64,000 bases of DNA from Sulfuricurvum sp. (lineage in GTDB: Bacteria > Campylobacterota > Campylobacteria > Campylobacterales > Sulfurimonadaceae): assembly GCA_030696285.1 (NCBI GenBank), contig JAUYSQ010000068.1:2231-66230 (forward strand), given 5' to 3'. The notes beneath the pieces were generated by a model. That model saw nothing but the letters and a program-made list of their open reading frames with translations. It did no database searches and was not told where the DNA came from. The position numbers and the translations under genes were made by a program. This document shows, piece by piece, positions 1 through 8,643 of this stretch (positions are counted from its first letter, which is position 1; every line of letters begins with the position of its first letter).

Positions 1-581
1 GGGTTAAATTTGATAGGATCAATTTCAAAGATTCGGTAGATTTCATCCGACCACTCTAAATAATTTTGTGTCAAATCCAAGCTCCAACTACCAACTTTAG
101 CAAGATTTTGTGCTTCATTTAATAATTGTTTTGAGTGGATAAATTGTTCGTAAGTCTCTTTTTCTGCCGTGATATCCCTGGAAATCCCAACATAACCGAT
201 AAGCAATCCATCATTATCATGCAAGGATGTAACCGATAACAATACGGGAATATGGGCACCATTCTTAGCAATATACGTCCATTCATATTCATTGGGAAAA
301 CCAAGTTTACTTTTTATGACAAAGACTTCAAACCCTGGCTCCAGCGCGATATTGAGTTCATTAGAAAATTGTGTTGCTCGATCAAGGATTTCAGGCGGAT
401 AATGGAAAATGGCAGGGGTATGTTTACCGATTAATTCGGATGCTTCGTATCCTAACATCTGTTCAGCTTTTCGGTTAAAGCTAGTAATGATTCCATCTTT
501 AGACGTCGTTATAACTAAATAATTAATATTGTTAAATATGGCAAGCAACAGCGAAGAAGTATCTTGTAATTTTTTTAACAT
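1..581 (-). CDS. PAS-domain signalling protein, 5' part (runs off the left edge)
   Basis: Hand translation from ATG at 581 (RBS AAGAGGA): MLKKLQDTSSLLLAIFNNINYLVITTSKDGIITSFNRKAEQMLGYEASELIGK...YVGISRDITAEK...KVGSWSLDL...WSDEIYRIF. These are two PAS/PAC motifs. The frame is open to base 1 with no stop, so it is not in the ORF track. Confidence 0.8.
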   Translation of the reverse strand, partial: MLKKLQDTSSLLLAIFNNINYLVITTSKDGIITSFNRKAEQMLGYEASELIGKHTPAIFHYPPEILDRATQFSNELNIALEPGFEVFVIKSKLGFPNEYEWTYIAKNGAHIPVLLSVTSLHDNDGLLIGYVGISRDITAEKETYEQFIHSKQLLNEAQNLAKVGSWSLDLTQNYLEWSDEIYRIFEIDPIKFN

Positions 582-804
582 TCCTCTTTACCAATCATAA
601 CTAACACCTATTTTACTTTAATAGCATAATTATAACTTAAATTAATAAGTTTTCTTAATCAAAACAATTCAACACGATGTTTCTTATACCCTTTTTTTTC
701 CATATCGAGCATTGAACCCCCTTGACAATCACTAATCCAATAGTATAGCATGATGATAAGAATTTAGCTAAATTGCTATTTTGCTATCTAAAGGACCTAT
801 ACGG

Positions 805-1536
805 ATGATGAATGAAGTCGGATTTATCGATACCGAGTGTACGGGAACCAATCACTACACGACAGCGCCGACTACTGCCGGAGCGACTTTCAGAGCGACA
901 AAAGGCGATGGAAATGTCAAACAACGTCACTGGGAAAACGTTTATACGACGAAGGATGTGAGTAAGGTAGGATGGTATCAACAAGAGCCTGCTATTTCTC
1001 TCTCACTTCTGCAAAAAATAGGCTCAACTCCCAAAGATGTGTTCATCGATGTCGGATGCGGTACTTCTACCTTGACCGATGCCTTGATCGAATCAGGCTA
1101 TCAAGACATTACATTGCTCGATATTTCACCCAGCGCACTGAACATCGTCAAAAAACGGCTCGGTGCAACTGCTGATTTACCCGTTTATTGTGTGGAGGAT
1201 GTGTGCCATTTTTCAACGAAAAAGCTCTTTGACGTATGGCATGACCGTGCGGTTTTTCATTTTCTTCAAAAAGAAGAGGAGCAGCAAGAGTATCTGCAAA
1301 CACTTCACCGTTCGCTCTCTCCCGATGGGTATGCCCTTATCGGAACATTCGCGGTAGACGGACCTCAAAGCTGTAGCAATTTGCCTGTGCGTCAATACAA
1401 CGAAGAGCGAATGAAAAATCTCGTACAAGAGCGCTTCGATATTCTCGAAGTCATTGAAGAGACCCATATCACTCCAAGCGGAAGCGAACAACGCTATTGC
1501 TTTTTCATACTGAAATCCATTCATCCAAAAGAATAA
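805..1536 (+). CDS. Class I SAM-dependent methyltransferase
   Basis: HWENVY..K...VGWYQ N-terminus; SAM motif IDVGCG; FDVWHDRAVFHFL. Start placed at ATG 805 after AAAGGA. Confidence 0.85.
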   Translation: MMNEVGFIDTECTGTNHYTTAPTTAGATFRATKGDGNVKQRHWENVYTTKDVSKVGWYQQEPAISLSLLQKIGSTPKDVFIDVGCGTSTLTDALIESGYQDITLLDISPSALNIVKKRLGATADLPVYCVEDVCHFSTKKLFDVWHDRAVFHFLQKEEEQQEYLQTLHRSLSPDGYALIGTFAVDGPQSCSNLPVRQYNEERMKNLVQERFDILEVIEETHITPSGSEQRYCFFILKSIHPKE

Positions 1537-1569
1537 TCTACTTTATAATGATTTGCTACAATACTCACC

Positions 1570-2262
1570 ATGAAAGATTCCAATCAGTGCATTTATTGCC
1601 ATCATAAACTCTATCAGCTGAGCGATGGAATGGTAAAATGCTCTGCCTGCAAAAAAAAGTACAGTCCGTCACGTATTGATCAGATAAAGCAGTTGATAAA
1701 ACTCTTTTGTGATGATGAAAATGCCCTCACCGCCTCACATACACTCCACCTCAGTTATGCCACCGTTTTGAAGTATTATCAAAATTTTCGTCATCTTATC
1801 GCCGAATATTGCGAAACGCAATACCATCTCAATCGCACGGGAGAATCTCAATACGAAGAATACCTTTATCTCGAAAAATCCAAAAGACACAACAAAAAGG
1901 CTATTTTTGATTCCCATAACTTTTTAACTTTTGGATATGGAAACAATGTTTATACTCTTTTAATGCCCTCGTTAGGGATGTATAAACAGCAATTTTTAGA
2001 AGATAATCTCGAAGAGGTTTATTATAAAGAGTTTTCAAAATTCATGCGCGCCAGCAAACTCATTAAAATCTCAGAACATGACAATGCTATTACCCGTTTT
2101 TGGCACTATTTTGAAACCTTTATTACGACGTTCAAAGGGGTCAGTGATGAATTTTTTCCCTATTATCTCAAAGAAGCGGAGTTTAAATTCAATACTCCCC
2201 TACAGCAGCGCACCGAAATCCTAGAACAGCTCTATTTTCGCTCTAATGGGTCGGGTATTTAA
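1570..2262 (+). CDS. IS1595-family transposase-like protein with Zn-ribbon and HTH; catalytic motifs look degenerate
   Basis: CxxC...CxxC Zn ribbon, HTH-like ALTASHTLHLSYATV, and C-terminal NAITRFW...FKGVSDEFFPYYLKEAEFKFN matching the IS1595 tail (N-x-IE-x-FW...KGV...YLKExEFRFN). Confidence 0.6.
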   Translation: MKDSNQCIYCHHKLYQLSDGMVKCSACKKKYSPSRIDQIKQLIKLFCDDENALTASHTLHLSYATVLKYYQNFRHLIAEYCETQYHLNRTGESQYEEYLYLEKSKRHNKKAIFDSHNFLTFGYGNNVYTLLMPSLGMYKQQFLEDNLEEVYYKEFSKFMRASKLIKISEHDNAITRFWHYFETFITTFKGVSDEFFPYYLKEAEFKFNTPLQQRTEILEQLYFRSNGSGI

Positions 2263-2779
2263 AGGTATCGATAATTTCTAAGAGTGTTTGCTGTGCCTCT
2301 TTTTTAACGACATCAATATCACACGTTTGAAGATAGGCGACAATCACCGAAATATAGGTGTCGAACTGACGGGTGAGCTCAACACTTAGTCCCATATGAA
2401 AAGTAATACTTTTGGGGACTATCCCCAACACGTTCGATTCGGGAAGCGGTTTCCCCATCAGTTCAATCATATCCAGACACTGCATCACCCCAACTTCGTG
2501 CGCTCCGCCGCTGTTGAGACCATAGCCGCTAAGTTCATAGGAGGGGATATTGTAAATACTCCCCGCACTGTCGTCCAAGTTGATCGTATCAAGGATGACA
2601 ATATGATTATTTTCCAAAAAGAGGTTGAGCAGGTTGATCCCCTCGACCCCGCCGTTAATGATTTGGACATGATCGCTTAACGTATAATTGGCATTCAGAT
2701 ACGCTGCCGCATAAATACCGACACCGTCATCCTCTTCGAGCACATTTCCGACACCCAGTACAACGACACTACGGCTCAT
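2243..2779 (-). CDS. hydD: Hydrogenase maturation endopeptidase (HyaD/HybD/HydD family)
   Basis: VLGVGNVLEEDDGVG, IILD-type Asp (ILDT) and AHEVG His. The start was shortened to MSRSVVVLG at 2779. Confidence 0.85.
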   Translation of the reverse strand: MSRSVVVLGVGNVLEEDDGVGIYAAAYLNANYTLSDHVQIINGGVEGINLLNLFLENNHIVILDTINLDDSAGSIYNIPSYELSGYGLNSGGAHEVGVMQCLDMIELMGKPLPESNVLGIVPKSITFHMGLSVELTRQFDTYISVIVAYLQTCDIDVVKKEAQQTLLEIIDTFKYPTH

Positions 2780-2783
2780 GAAA

Positions 2784-3341
2784 TTAAAACCCTTTGCCGT
2801 GTTCGATGCTGGGGTTGGCGAACTGCTCCAGTATCTCATCCAGACACATAACATTCTCTTTTTTCGTACTGCTGATTCCGCATTTTTTGAGTTCATCTAC
2901 GATAACGTCAATATAAGCGTCCCATTTTTCACGGATGGCTGAAGTCACACCCACTTCGACACTAATGATGTCTTCGGGAACGATACTGATCATCGTTGTT
3001 TGGGCAACATGGTTCGCCATCGAACAAATTTGGAGCATTTCGGTAATTTCCACTTCGTTCGCCGTTTTTTTGATCCCTTGGTTGGCGATCAGTTCGTCAC
3101 CGCTGAGTACATCAATACTTCCGATTATTTTATCATCATCGGAGCTGGTATTGGCAATCACCACATACTCATACTCTTGGAGCAACGGCATCAATCCAAA
3201 ACCGAGCGTTCCACCGTCGACAATATCCAATGCAGGCTCGTACGTAAAATTTTCTTTGAGATATTTGCCCGCGTATAACCCGATCCCCTCATCCATAAAA
3301 AATGCGTTTCCCGAACCAATCAATGCCACTTTAGCGTTCAT
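2784..3341 (-). CDS. Second hydrogenase maturation protease paralogue (divergent metal ligands)
   Basis: LIGSGNAFFMDEGIG and IVDGGTLG family motifs; start MNAKVALIG at 3341. Confidence 0.8.
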   Translation of the reverse strand: MNAKVALIGSGNAFFMDEGIGLYAGKYLKENFTYEPALDIVDGGTLGFGLMPLLQEYEYVVIANTSSDDDKIIGSIDVLSGDELIANQGIKKTANEVEITEMLQICSMANHVAQTTMISIVPEDIISVEVGVTSAIREKWDAYIDVIVDELKKCGISSTKKENVMCLDEILEQFANPSIEHGKGF

Positions 3342-3365
3342 TTTTTTCCTTTTATAATTTGATAT

Positions 3366-3450
3366 CACTTTCCGGGCAAAGCCCACAAAGTGGCAGGGAC
3401 AAATGTCCCTACAACCCCCTAAAGCTACCCGCATCTTCCGGATGCGGGAG
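3366..3450. repeat. 85-bp structured repeat, family A, copy 1 (overlaps the hypF 3' end)
   Basis: Its reverse complement matches 5697-5781 with 6 mismatches; it has three internal hairpins. Confidence 0.95.
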
Positions 3451-5670
3451 ATTATGCAAAGTATAGTAAAGTTGTCCCAATGCAATCGAACCATCATTAA
3501 TCGGGGTTTGCTGCTGAGCATAAAATCGACCGTTTCCAAAACGGCGATAGAGTCGAGACATCAACGCATGGTTTTGAAACACACCACCTCCGATAATGAT
3601 CGGCAGCTCAGAGTGACTATCAACAAAGTGTTGCATCATCACCTCAACCGTGGCAATGAAACGGCTGGCAATGAGCCGTTTTGCATCGCTTTGTCTACTT
3701 AACACTACGATTTGTTCAACCATCGGAGATAGAACAATCTCCCGATCTGTAACGGTGAAATCAAACGGTTCCGTAATCGAATCATCCACAAAAGACTCCA
3801 TGATCATCCCCCCCTGCCCCTCGTAATCGAGCGTTTGTATAAATCCGCCCAATGAGGCAACGGCATCAAATAGCCGACCCATCGAACTGCTCAAAGGGGC
3901 GTTGATCTTTTTGAGCCACATATGGTGAAGCTGACGGATTTCATGGTCTAAAAAGGCTTCTGTTGTGGGGGATTTCAGTACCAATACTTCATCCAGACTA
4001 TACCTTTCAAACAATAGCGACAACGCAATCCGGCGAGGTTCTTTAATCGCTTTGTCACCACCGAGAAGTGCAAACGGTTTTAGAAATCCAATCCGCTCAA
4101 ACCCATGCGTATCTGCAATCATCACCTCTCCCCCCCAAAGGTTTCCATCCTCTCCATATCCCGTACCGTCAAATGCAAAGCCGAGCACTTTTTCATCCAA
4201 ACCATATTCTCCCATGCAGGCAAGAATATGAGCGTAATGATGTTGAACACCGATATGATCTTTGTTATTCTCCACTGCGTAGCGGGTTGATGTATACGTT
4301 GGATGTAAATCATGAATGAGAGAATCAGGTTCACAGTCATAAAATCGTTTAAAGGTTTTAATCGTCCTCTCAAAATAGCCATCCGCTTCAATACTTCCCA
4401 AATCACCGATGTGTCCGCTCAACACCATATTTTTCTTGGCTCCCAAAGCTATGGCACTTTTGTGATGGGCTCCAAGGGCTAAAATACTCTTCGTAAGGGG
4501 ATTGGTCAACGGGAGCGTATGAGGGGCGAATCCCCGCCCCATCCGTAACATCACCACTCTCCCCTGCGCCATTTGAATCACTGAGTCATCTAGGGCATTA
4601 ATGATGCTGCGATCATGACTCAAAATTCCGTCCACCACATTACCAAGCCTGTGGGCAATCTCGTCGGCTCTGACGATAATCGGTTCGTCGCTGATGTTGG
4701 CACTGGTGGCAATCAACGGAAAATCGATCGCTTCAAAAAGGAGCCGATGAAGCGGCGTATAGGGGAGAAATACCCCCAGCCGATCAATCGCAGGAGCAAC
4801 GTGGGCAGAAAGGTTTGTTCCGTTTTTGGCACGGACAATCACGATCGGTTTAATCGGACCGTTGATAATGGATCTCTCATCCTCATTCATCTCCGTATAC
4901 GTTTCAAGCTGCTCCAGAGAGGAAAACATCACGGCTAACGGTTTGGTTTTGCGATGTTTACGACGACGCAACTCGCTCACACTGGTATCCGAAGTGGCAT
5001 CGCACATCAGATGAAAGCCCCCAAGCCCTTTGAGCGCTATGATTTTTCCCGCTTTGAGCATCTCAACCGCTAACGCGATGGGGTCACCCGCTATTTCATT
5101 TCCATTATTATCAAGGAATCTCAGCTTTGGTCCGCAATCAGGGCAGCTGATAGGTTCGGCATGATAGCGTCTTGAGCTGGGATCAGTGTATTCGGCTTCG
5201 CATTTTGAGCACATCGTAAAATGTTTCATAGAGGTACGGACACGGTCATACGGGGGGATTTGAATAATGGTATAGCGAGGGCCGCAATCGGTGCAGTTGA
5301 TAAAAGGGTAACGGTATCGGCGGTTGGAGGAGTCATCCATTTCTGCTTGACAGGCAGGGCACAAGGCTGTATCGAGAGGAATCGCGACACTCCCGACCCC
5401 AAGGGTACTTTCTCGGATTTCAAAATCGCTATAACCGCAAAATTCACGCTCAACAATTTCCATGGAGTCGATACGGGCATGTTTGGGAAGATTTTCTCGC
5501 AAAGCCTTGATAAAAGCCTCACATTCGCAGCCTTCTGCTTCAATGACGACTCCATCGGCTGTATTGATGACAAACCCCATCATCGCATGCACCTTGGCTT
5601 CACGGTAGACAAAGGGGCGGAATCCGACCCCTTGGACTAAGCCTTTAAGCGTAATTTTATAACTGATCAT
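3409..5670 (-). CDS. hypF: Carbamoyltransferase HypF
   Basis: Acylphosphatase GLVQGVGFRPFVYR, two Zn fingers (CPAC...CTDCGPRY; CSKC...CPDCGP), KGLGGFHLMCDA, QHHYAH, FDGTGYG, GGVFQN. Confidence 0.97.
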   Translation of the reverse strand: MISYKITLKGLVQGVGFRPFVYREAKVHAMMGFVINTADGVVIEAEGCECEAFIKALRENLPKHARIDSMEIVEREFCGYSDFEIRESTLGVGSVAIPLDTALCPACQAEMDDSSNRRYRYPFINCTDCGPRYTIIQIPPYDRVRTSMKHFTMCSKCEAEYTDPSSRRYHAEPISCPDCGPKLRFLDNNGNEIAGDPIALAVEMLKAGKIIALKGLGGFHLMCDATSDTSVSELRRRKHRKTKPLAVMFSSLEQLETYTEMNEDERSIINGPIKPIVIVRAKNGTNLSAHVAPAIDRLGVFLPYTPLHRLLFEAIDFPLIATSANISDEPIIVRADEIAHRLGNVVDGILSHDRSIINALDDSVIQMAQGRVVMLRMGRGFAPHTLPLTNPLTKSILALGAHHKSAIALGAKKNMVLSGHIGDLGSIEADGYFERTIKTFKRFYDCEPDSLIHDLHPTYTSTRYAVENNKDHIGVQHHYAHILACMGEYGLDEKVLGFAFDGTGYGEDGNLWGGEVMIADTHGFERIGFLKPFALLGGDKAIKEPRRIALSLLFERYSLDEVLVLKSPTTEAFLDHEIRQLHHMWLKKINAPLSSSMGRLFDAVASLGGFIQTLDYEGQGGMIMESFVDDSITEPFDFTVTDREIVLSPMVEQIVVLSRQSDAKRLIASRFIATVEVMMQHFVDSHSELPIIIGGGVFQNHALMSRLYRRFGNGRFYAQQQTPINDGSIALGQLYYTLHNLPHPEDAGSFRGL

Positions 5671-5696
5671 ACACAAAGGCTTAAAAGGCAGTTTTT

Positions 5697-5781
5697 CTCC
5701 CGTATCCGAAAGATACGGGTAGCTTTAGGGGGTTGTAGGGACATTTGTCCCTGCCACTTTACGGGCTTTGCCCGAAAAGTG
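5697..5781. repeat. 85-bp structured repeat, family A, copy 2 (inverted, upstream of hypF)
   Basis: Inverted copy of 3366-3450. Confidence 0.95.
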
Positions 5782-5793
5782 CGTAACATTAGT

Positions 5794-7716
5794 TTATAAA
5801 AAGACTCCACCAACAACGCAGTTTTCCTTCCCGATTGGATAGCTCACATTCATCAATGGAGGGGTTGTTTTCAAATTTCTCTGTAAACGGCTAAAAAGTG
5901 ATTGCCCGGCGAAATACGAACCGCAGAGGACAATATCCGACGCTTTGGTTTTCCCTTTGATTTCAGTAAGAAGCTCGCTGAAATAATCTCCAAACGATTC
6001 AAAGATAGAATAGCTAAGATATACTGAATCGACACCCGCTATTTTATAGCTGAGTATACTGGACAAAAAAGCGACGTGGTTAAAACGGTTATCATCCACT
6101 TTCGTATCGATTTGAAGTCCCCCTTTACCGATAAACTTCAGCGCCTCTTTCATCACCCCATCGTAACTTCGTTCTTCCAATCCCAAAATAATGGCAGTTG
6201 CTTCAAAAAGAGTGGCCTTGCTGTGTTCGAGTGCTAGAAGTTCCTCGTACACCTGTGGAAGTTTGATTTTTATATTTTCCATCAGTCTATCCGATCCCTC
6301 TCGCAAAGTCGCCATTTTTTCCAACAGTCCATTGGGGCTGAAAACATGAGGAGGGACAACCCGAATCACTTTTTTGCCATCGTAATACAAAAAGGACGGC
6401 TCACCTTGGAAATAGGCCCCGACCACTTTGGTTCCAAATTTATTGTGCTCGGCGATTACCGACATAAATGAGGCTTCATCTTCTGCCATCGTATGAAAAT
6501 TGCTCGATTGTACCGAGGGTATTTCCGTTTCTAATTGAATCACTTTGAGTGTTGAAGCAGACGTAAATCGCTCCATTTGATCAAATAAAATCCCGTTCTC
6601 ATCTTTGATCCCTACAAGACCGTGTGCAATACTTAACGTATCGGTTCCATACGATAACCGTGAGGGAAATGAGACACGTTCCCCCGAGGCGATAAACTTC
6701 ACATCTTTATTGATAAAGAGACGCATATCGCTTTGATACTGAATGTTCAGATCAAAATCCATCACAAAATCGGCTTCACACGGTGTTTCCAGCGCCTCAT
6801 AAACAATAGTATCGAGACCCAAAAGGGTGAGTTCTTTCCCCAGTAAAATCGAAAATCCCTCATCAGGGTATTTAACATCAATCGTGGAACCAAAAGTATT
6901 TCGCAATGCTTCATCTTTGAGTGCAACGTGTACTATCGGCCGTTCAATACTGAGAAGTGCGTTAAATTCATCATGTATCAACGAGCAATAATCGGTAATT
7001 TTTACCGCATTGACCAACATCAAAACGGAGTTCTTAGAGAGTTTCTCGGCACGATAAAAGAGCCGATACCCCATGGTCGTTTTCATTAACAGCGTTTTAC
7101 CGTCGCGCAACGCTTTGGCAGAGACTTCAAACATTGTTCGAAAACTCCCTGCATCATTGGCATAACGCTCTTTATCTTTATGAAGCAGTTTAACGGGGAT
7201 TGCACATTCATGACACGAATTAAGTACCTGTTTTTCACGACGCCCAACACTAAGTGATTCTTGCTCACACGTAGGACACGACTTGACATAAGAGAATGCC
7301 GTATTGCTCCGAATATAGGGGTAATGTTCAAAAAAGACGTATTGTCCCCCGCAATGGGTACAGTGGGTAAAAGGGTAATAGTAGCGTTTCGAGGAGGGAT
7401 CAAACATCTCTTTTTGACAACTCGGACACAACCCCAGCGCAATAGGATATTCAACCGCAAAATCGGGAACAGAGTCAGGTTCTCCCTCGATATCATAGTG
7501 GCTGCTTTTGCTCATGAAACACGAAGCCGGAAGGATGGAAGCAATCGTTTCCAAACACGCCTGAAGTTTTTCGTCACTGCTGTCAAACGCACAAATAATT
7601 TTAGATTTTTGTTGGTGAACAACCGCTTTAATCTCAAAGGTGCGAATAATGGCAATCAAATAATTTTTAATCGTGGGTTGAGAAAATGAGGTCATCACCT
7701 CCAACGTAAATGCCAT
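5794..7716 (-). CDS. hydE: HypF-related hydrogenase accessory protein (Campylobacterota HydE-like)
   Basis: HypF-like Zn fingers (CPSC...RYYYPFTHCTHCGG; CPTC; CHEC) without the HypF catalytic motifs; sits directly downstream of hydABC as in Wolinella/Helicobacter hyd operons. Confidence 0.7.
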   Translation of the reverse strand: MAFTLEVMTSFSQPTIKNYLIAIIRTFEIKAVVHQQKSKIICAFDSSDEKLQACLETIASILPASCFMSKSSHYDIEGEPDSVPDFAVEYPIALGLCPSCQKEMFDPSSKRYYYPFTHCTHCGGQYVFFEHYPYIRSNTAFSYVKSCPTCEQESLSVGRREKQVLNSCHECAIPVKLLHKDKERYANDAGSFRTMFEVSAKALRDGKTLLMKTTMGYRLFYRAEKLSKNSVLMLVNAVKITDYCSLIHDEFNALLSIERPIVHVALKDEALRNTFGSTIDVKYPDEGFSILLGKELTLLGLDTIVYEALETPCEADFVMDFDLNIQYQSDMRLFINKDVKFIASGERVSFPSRLSYGTDTLSIAHGLVGIKDENGILFDQMERFTSASTLKVIQLETEIPSVQSSNFHTMAEDEASFMSVIAEHNKFGTKVVGAYFQGEPSFLYYDGKKVIRVVPPHVFSPNGLLEKMATLREGSDRLMENIKIKLPQVYEELLALEHSKATLFEATAIILGLEERSYDGVMKEALKFIGKGGLQIDTKVDDNRFNHVAFLSSILSYKIAGVDSVYLSYSIFESFGDYFSELLTEIKGKTKASDIVLCGSYFAGQSLFSRLQRNLKTTPPLMNVSYPIGKENCVVGGVFL

Positions 7717-7793
7717 AAATATCCTTTGTTGAGAAAAATAATAGTTCTTTTATCTCTCTCCAACAGGAGAATTATAAAAAAATTATTTTATTT

Positions 7794-7820
7794 GTCATTC
7801 CCAACTCGATTGGGAATCCA
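7794..7820. repeat. REP-like palindrome, family C (GTCAT-hairpin-ATCCA), single copy
   Basis: gtcat tcccaa ctcga ttggga atcca. Confidence 0.85.
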
Positions 7821-7853
7821 GCTTTAATTTTAGAACCTTGTACTACTAAAATA

Positions 7854-7928
7854 TTCTGCCTCAAAGAGGCAAGCTTTAGTGCCATAGCGGCAAGCGTAGC
7901 CAAAGGGATTTTATTCCTTTGGCGTTCT
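7854..7928. repeat. Two-hairpin repeat, family B, copy 1 (at the hydC stop)
   Basis: Shares the core gcaagctttagtgccWtagcggcaagcgtagc and its flanking hairpins with 59297-59370. Confidence 0.9.
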
Positions 7929-8634
7929 AATCTAATTTATCATCTTTAACAAATTTTGAACCGCCGAAGGCAATTGCAATATCTCCCTCTTGCCAATAAA
8001 TGGTACGCCATATCTGAACATAAATATGACAGGCTACCCATACAACGATCAGCCACATTGTCATATGATGGACATAACGTACTCCCATATTGCCGCCAAA
8101 GACAAACAGTGTCCAGTCTGTTACCAGATGCAGCATCCAAGGCCACCATGATCCGATTGAACTTATACCCGATGCAAGACCATGCACATACAATTGTAAA
8201 CCCGTGAAGAGCATAAAGATCAGTAACAAATGCATCAAGGCAAACCATACGGCATTAAAACTGTCCATTTCTTTGGTATCAAATCTTTTTCGACGGTTAA
8301 GTGTCAAAGCGTTGAGGACGACTTCACCAAACTCCGATATATTACGCTTTGTCGGAACGAGCTTCGTCCAAGGGCGTTCTTTGTCACCGATAACATAAAG
8401 ATACGCCACCCAAATCGACGTTACATCCACAAGAATCGCCGTCATAAAATGCACCCAGCGATTCCATGCCATCACGTACTTGTCCAGCGCCGGATCTGAG
8501 ATAAACGTTTCATAATAGGGATGAGCAATATAAAGGCCGCTCACTACTGCCGCGACAATAGCAACAACATTCACCCAGTGGATGATCCGCATTATCGGTG
8601 TCATCCTTTCGACTTTTTTATATCCAGGTTTCAT
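7927..8634 (-). CDS. hydC: [NiFe]-hydrogenase cytochrome b subunit
   Basis: RIIHWVN, RWVHF, MHLLL..LFTGLQLY, VRYVHH; four TM segments; follows the large subunit. Confidence 0.95.
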   Translation of the reverse strand: MKPGYKKVERMTPIMRIIHWVNVVAIVAAVVSGLYIAHPYYETFISDPALDKYVMAWNRWVHFMTAILVDVTSIWVAYLYVIGDKERPWTKLVPTKRNISEFGEVVLNALTLNRRKRFDTKEMDSFNAVWFALMHLLLIFMLFTGLQLYVHGLASGISSIGSWWPWMLHLVTDWTLFVFGGNMGVRYVHHMTMWLIVVWVACHIYVQIWRTIYWQEGDIAIAFGGSKFVKDDKLD

Positions 8635-8643
8635 ATTACCTCC

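Noticed and set aside
1570-2262. Active insertion sequence
   Set aside because: No terminal inverted repeats or target duplication were seen and the catalytic motifs look altered, so it is kept as a CDS and a finding instead.
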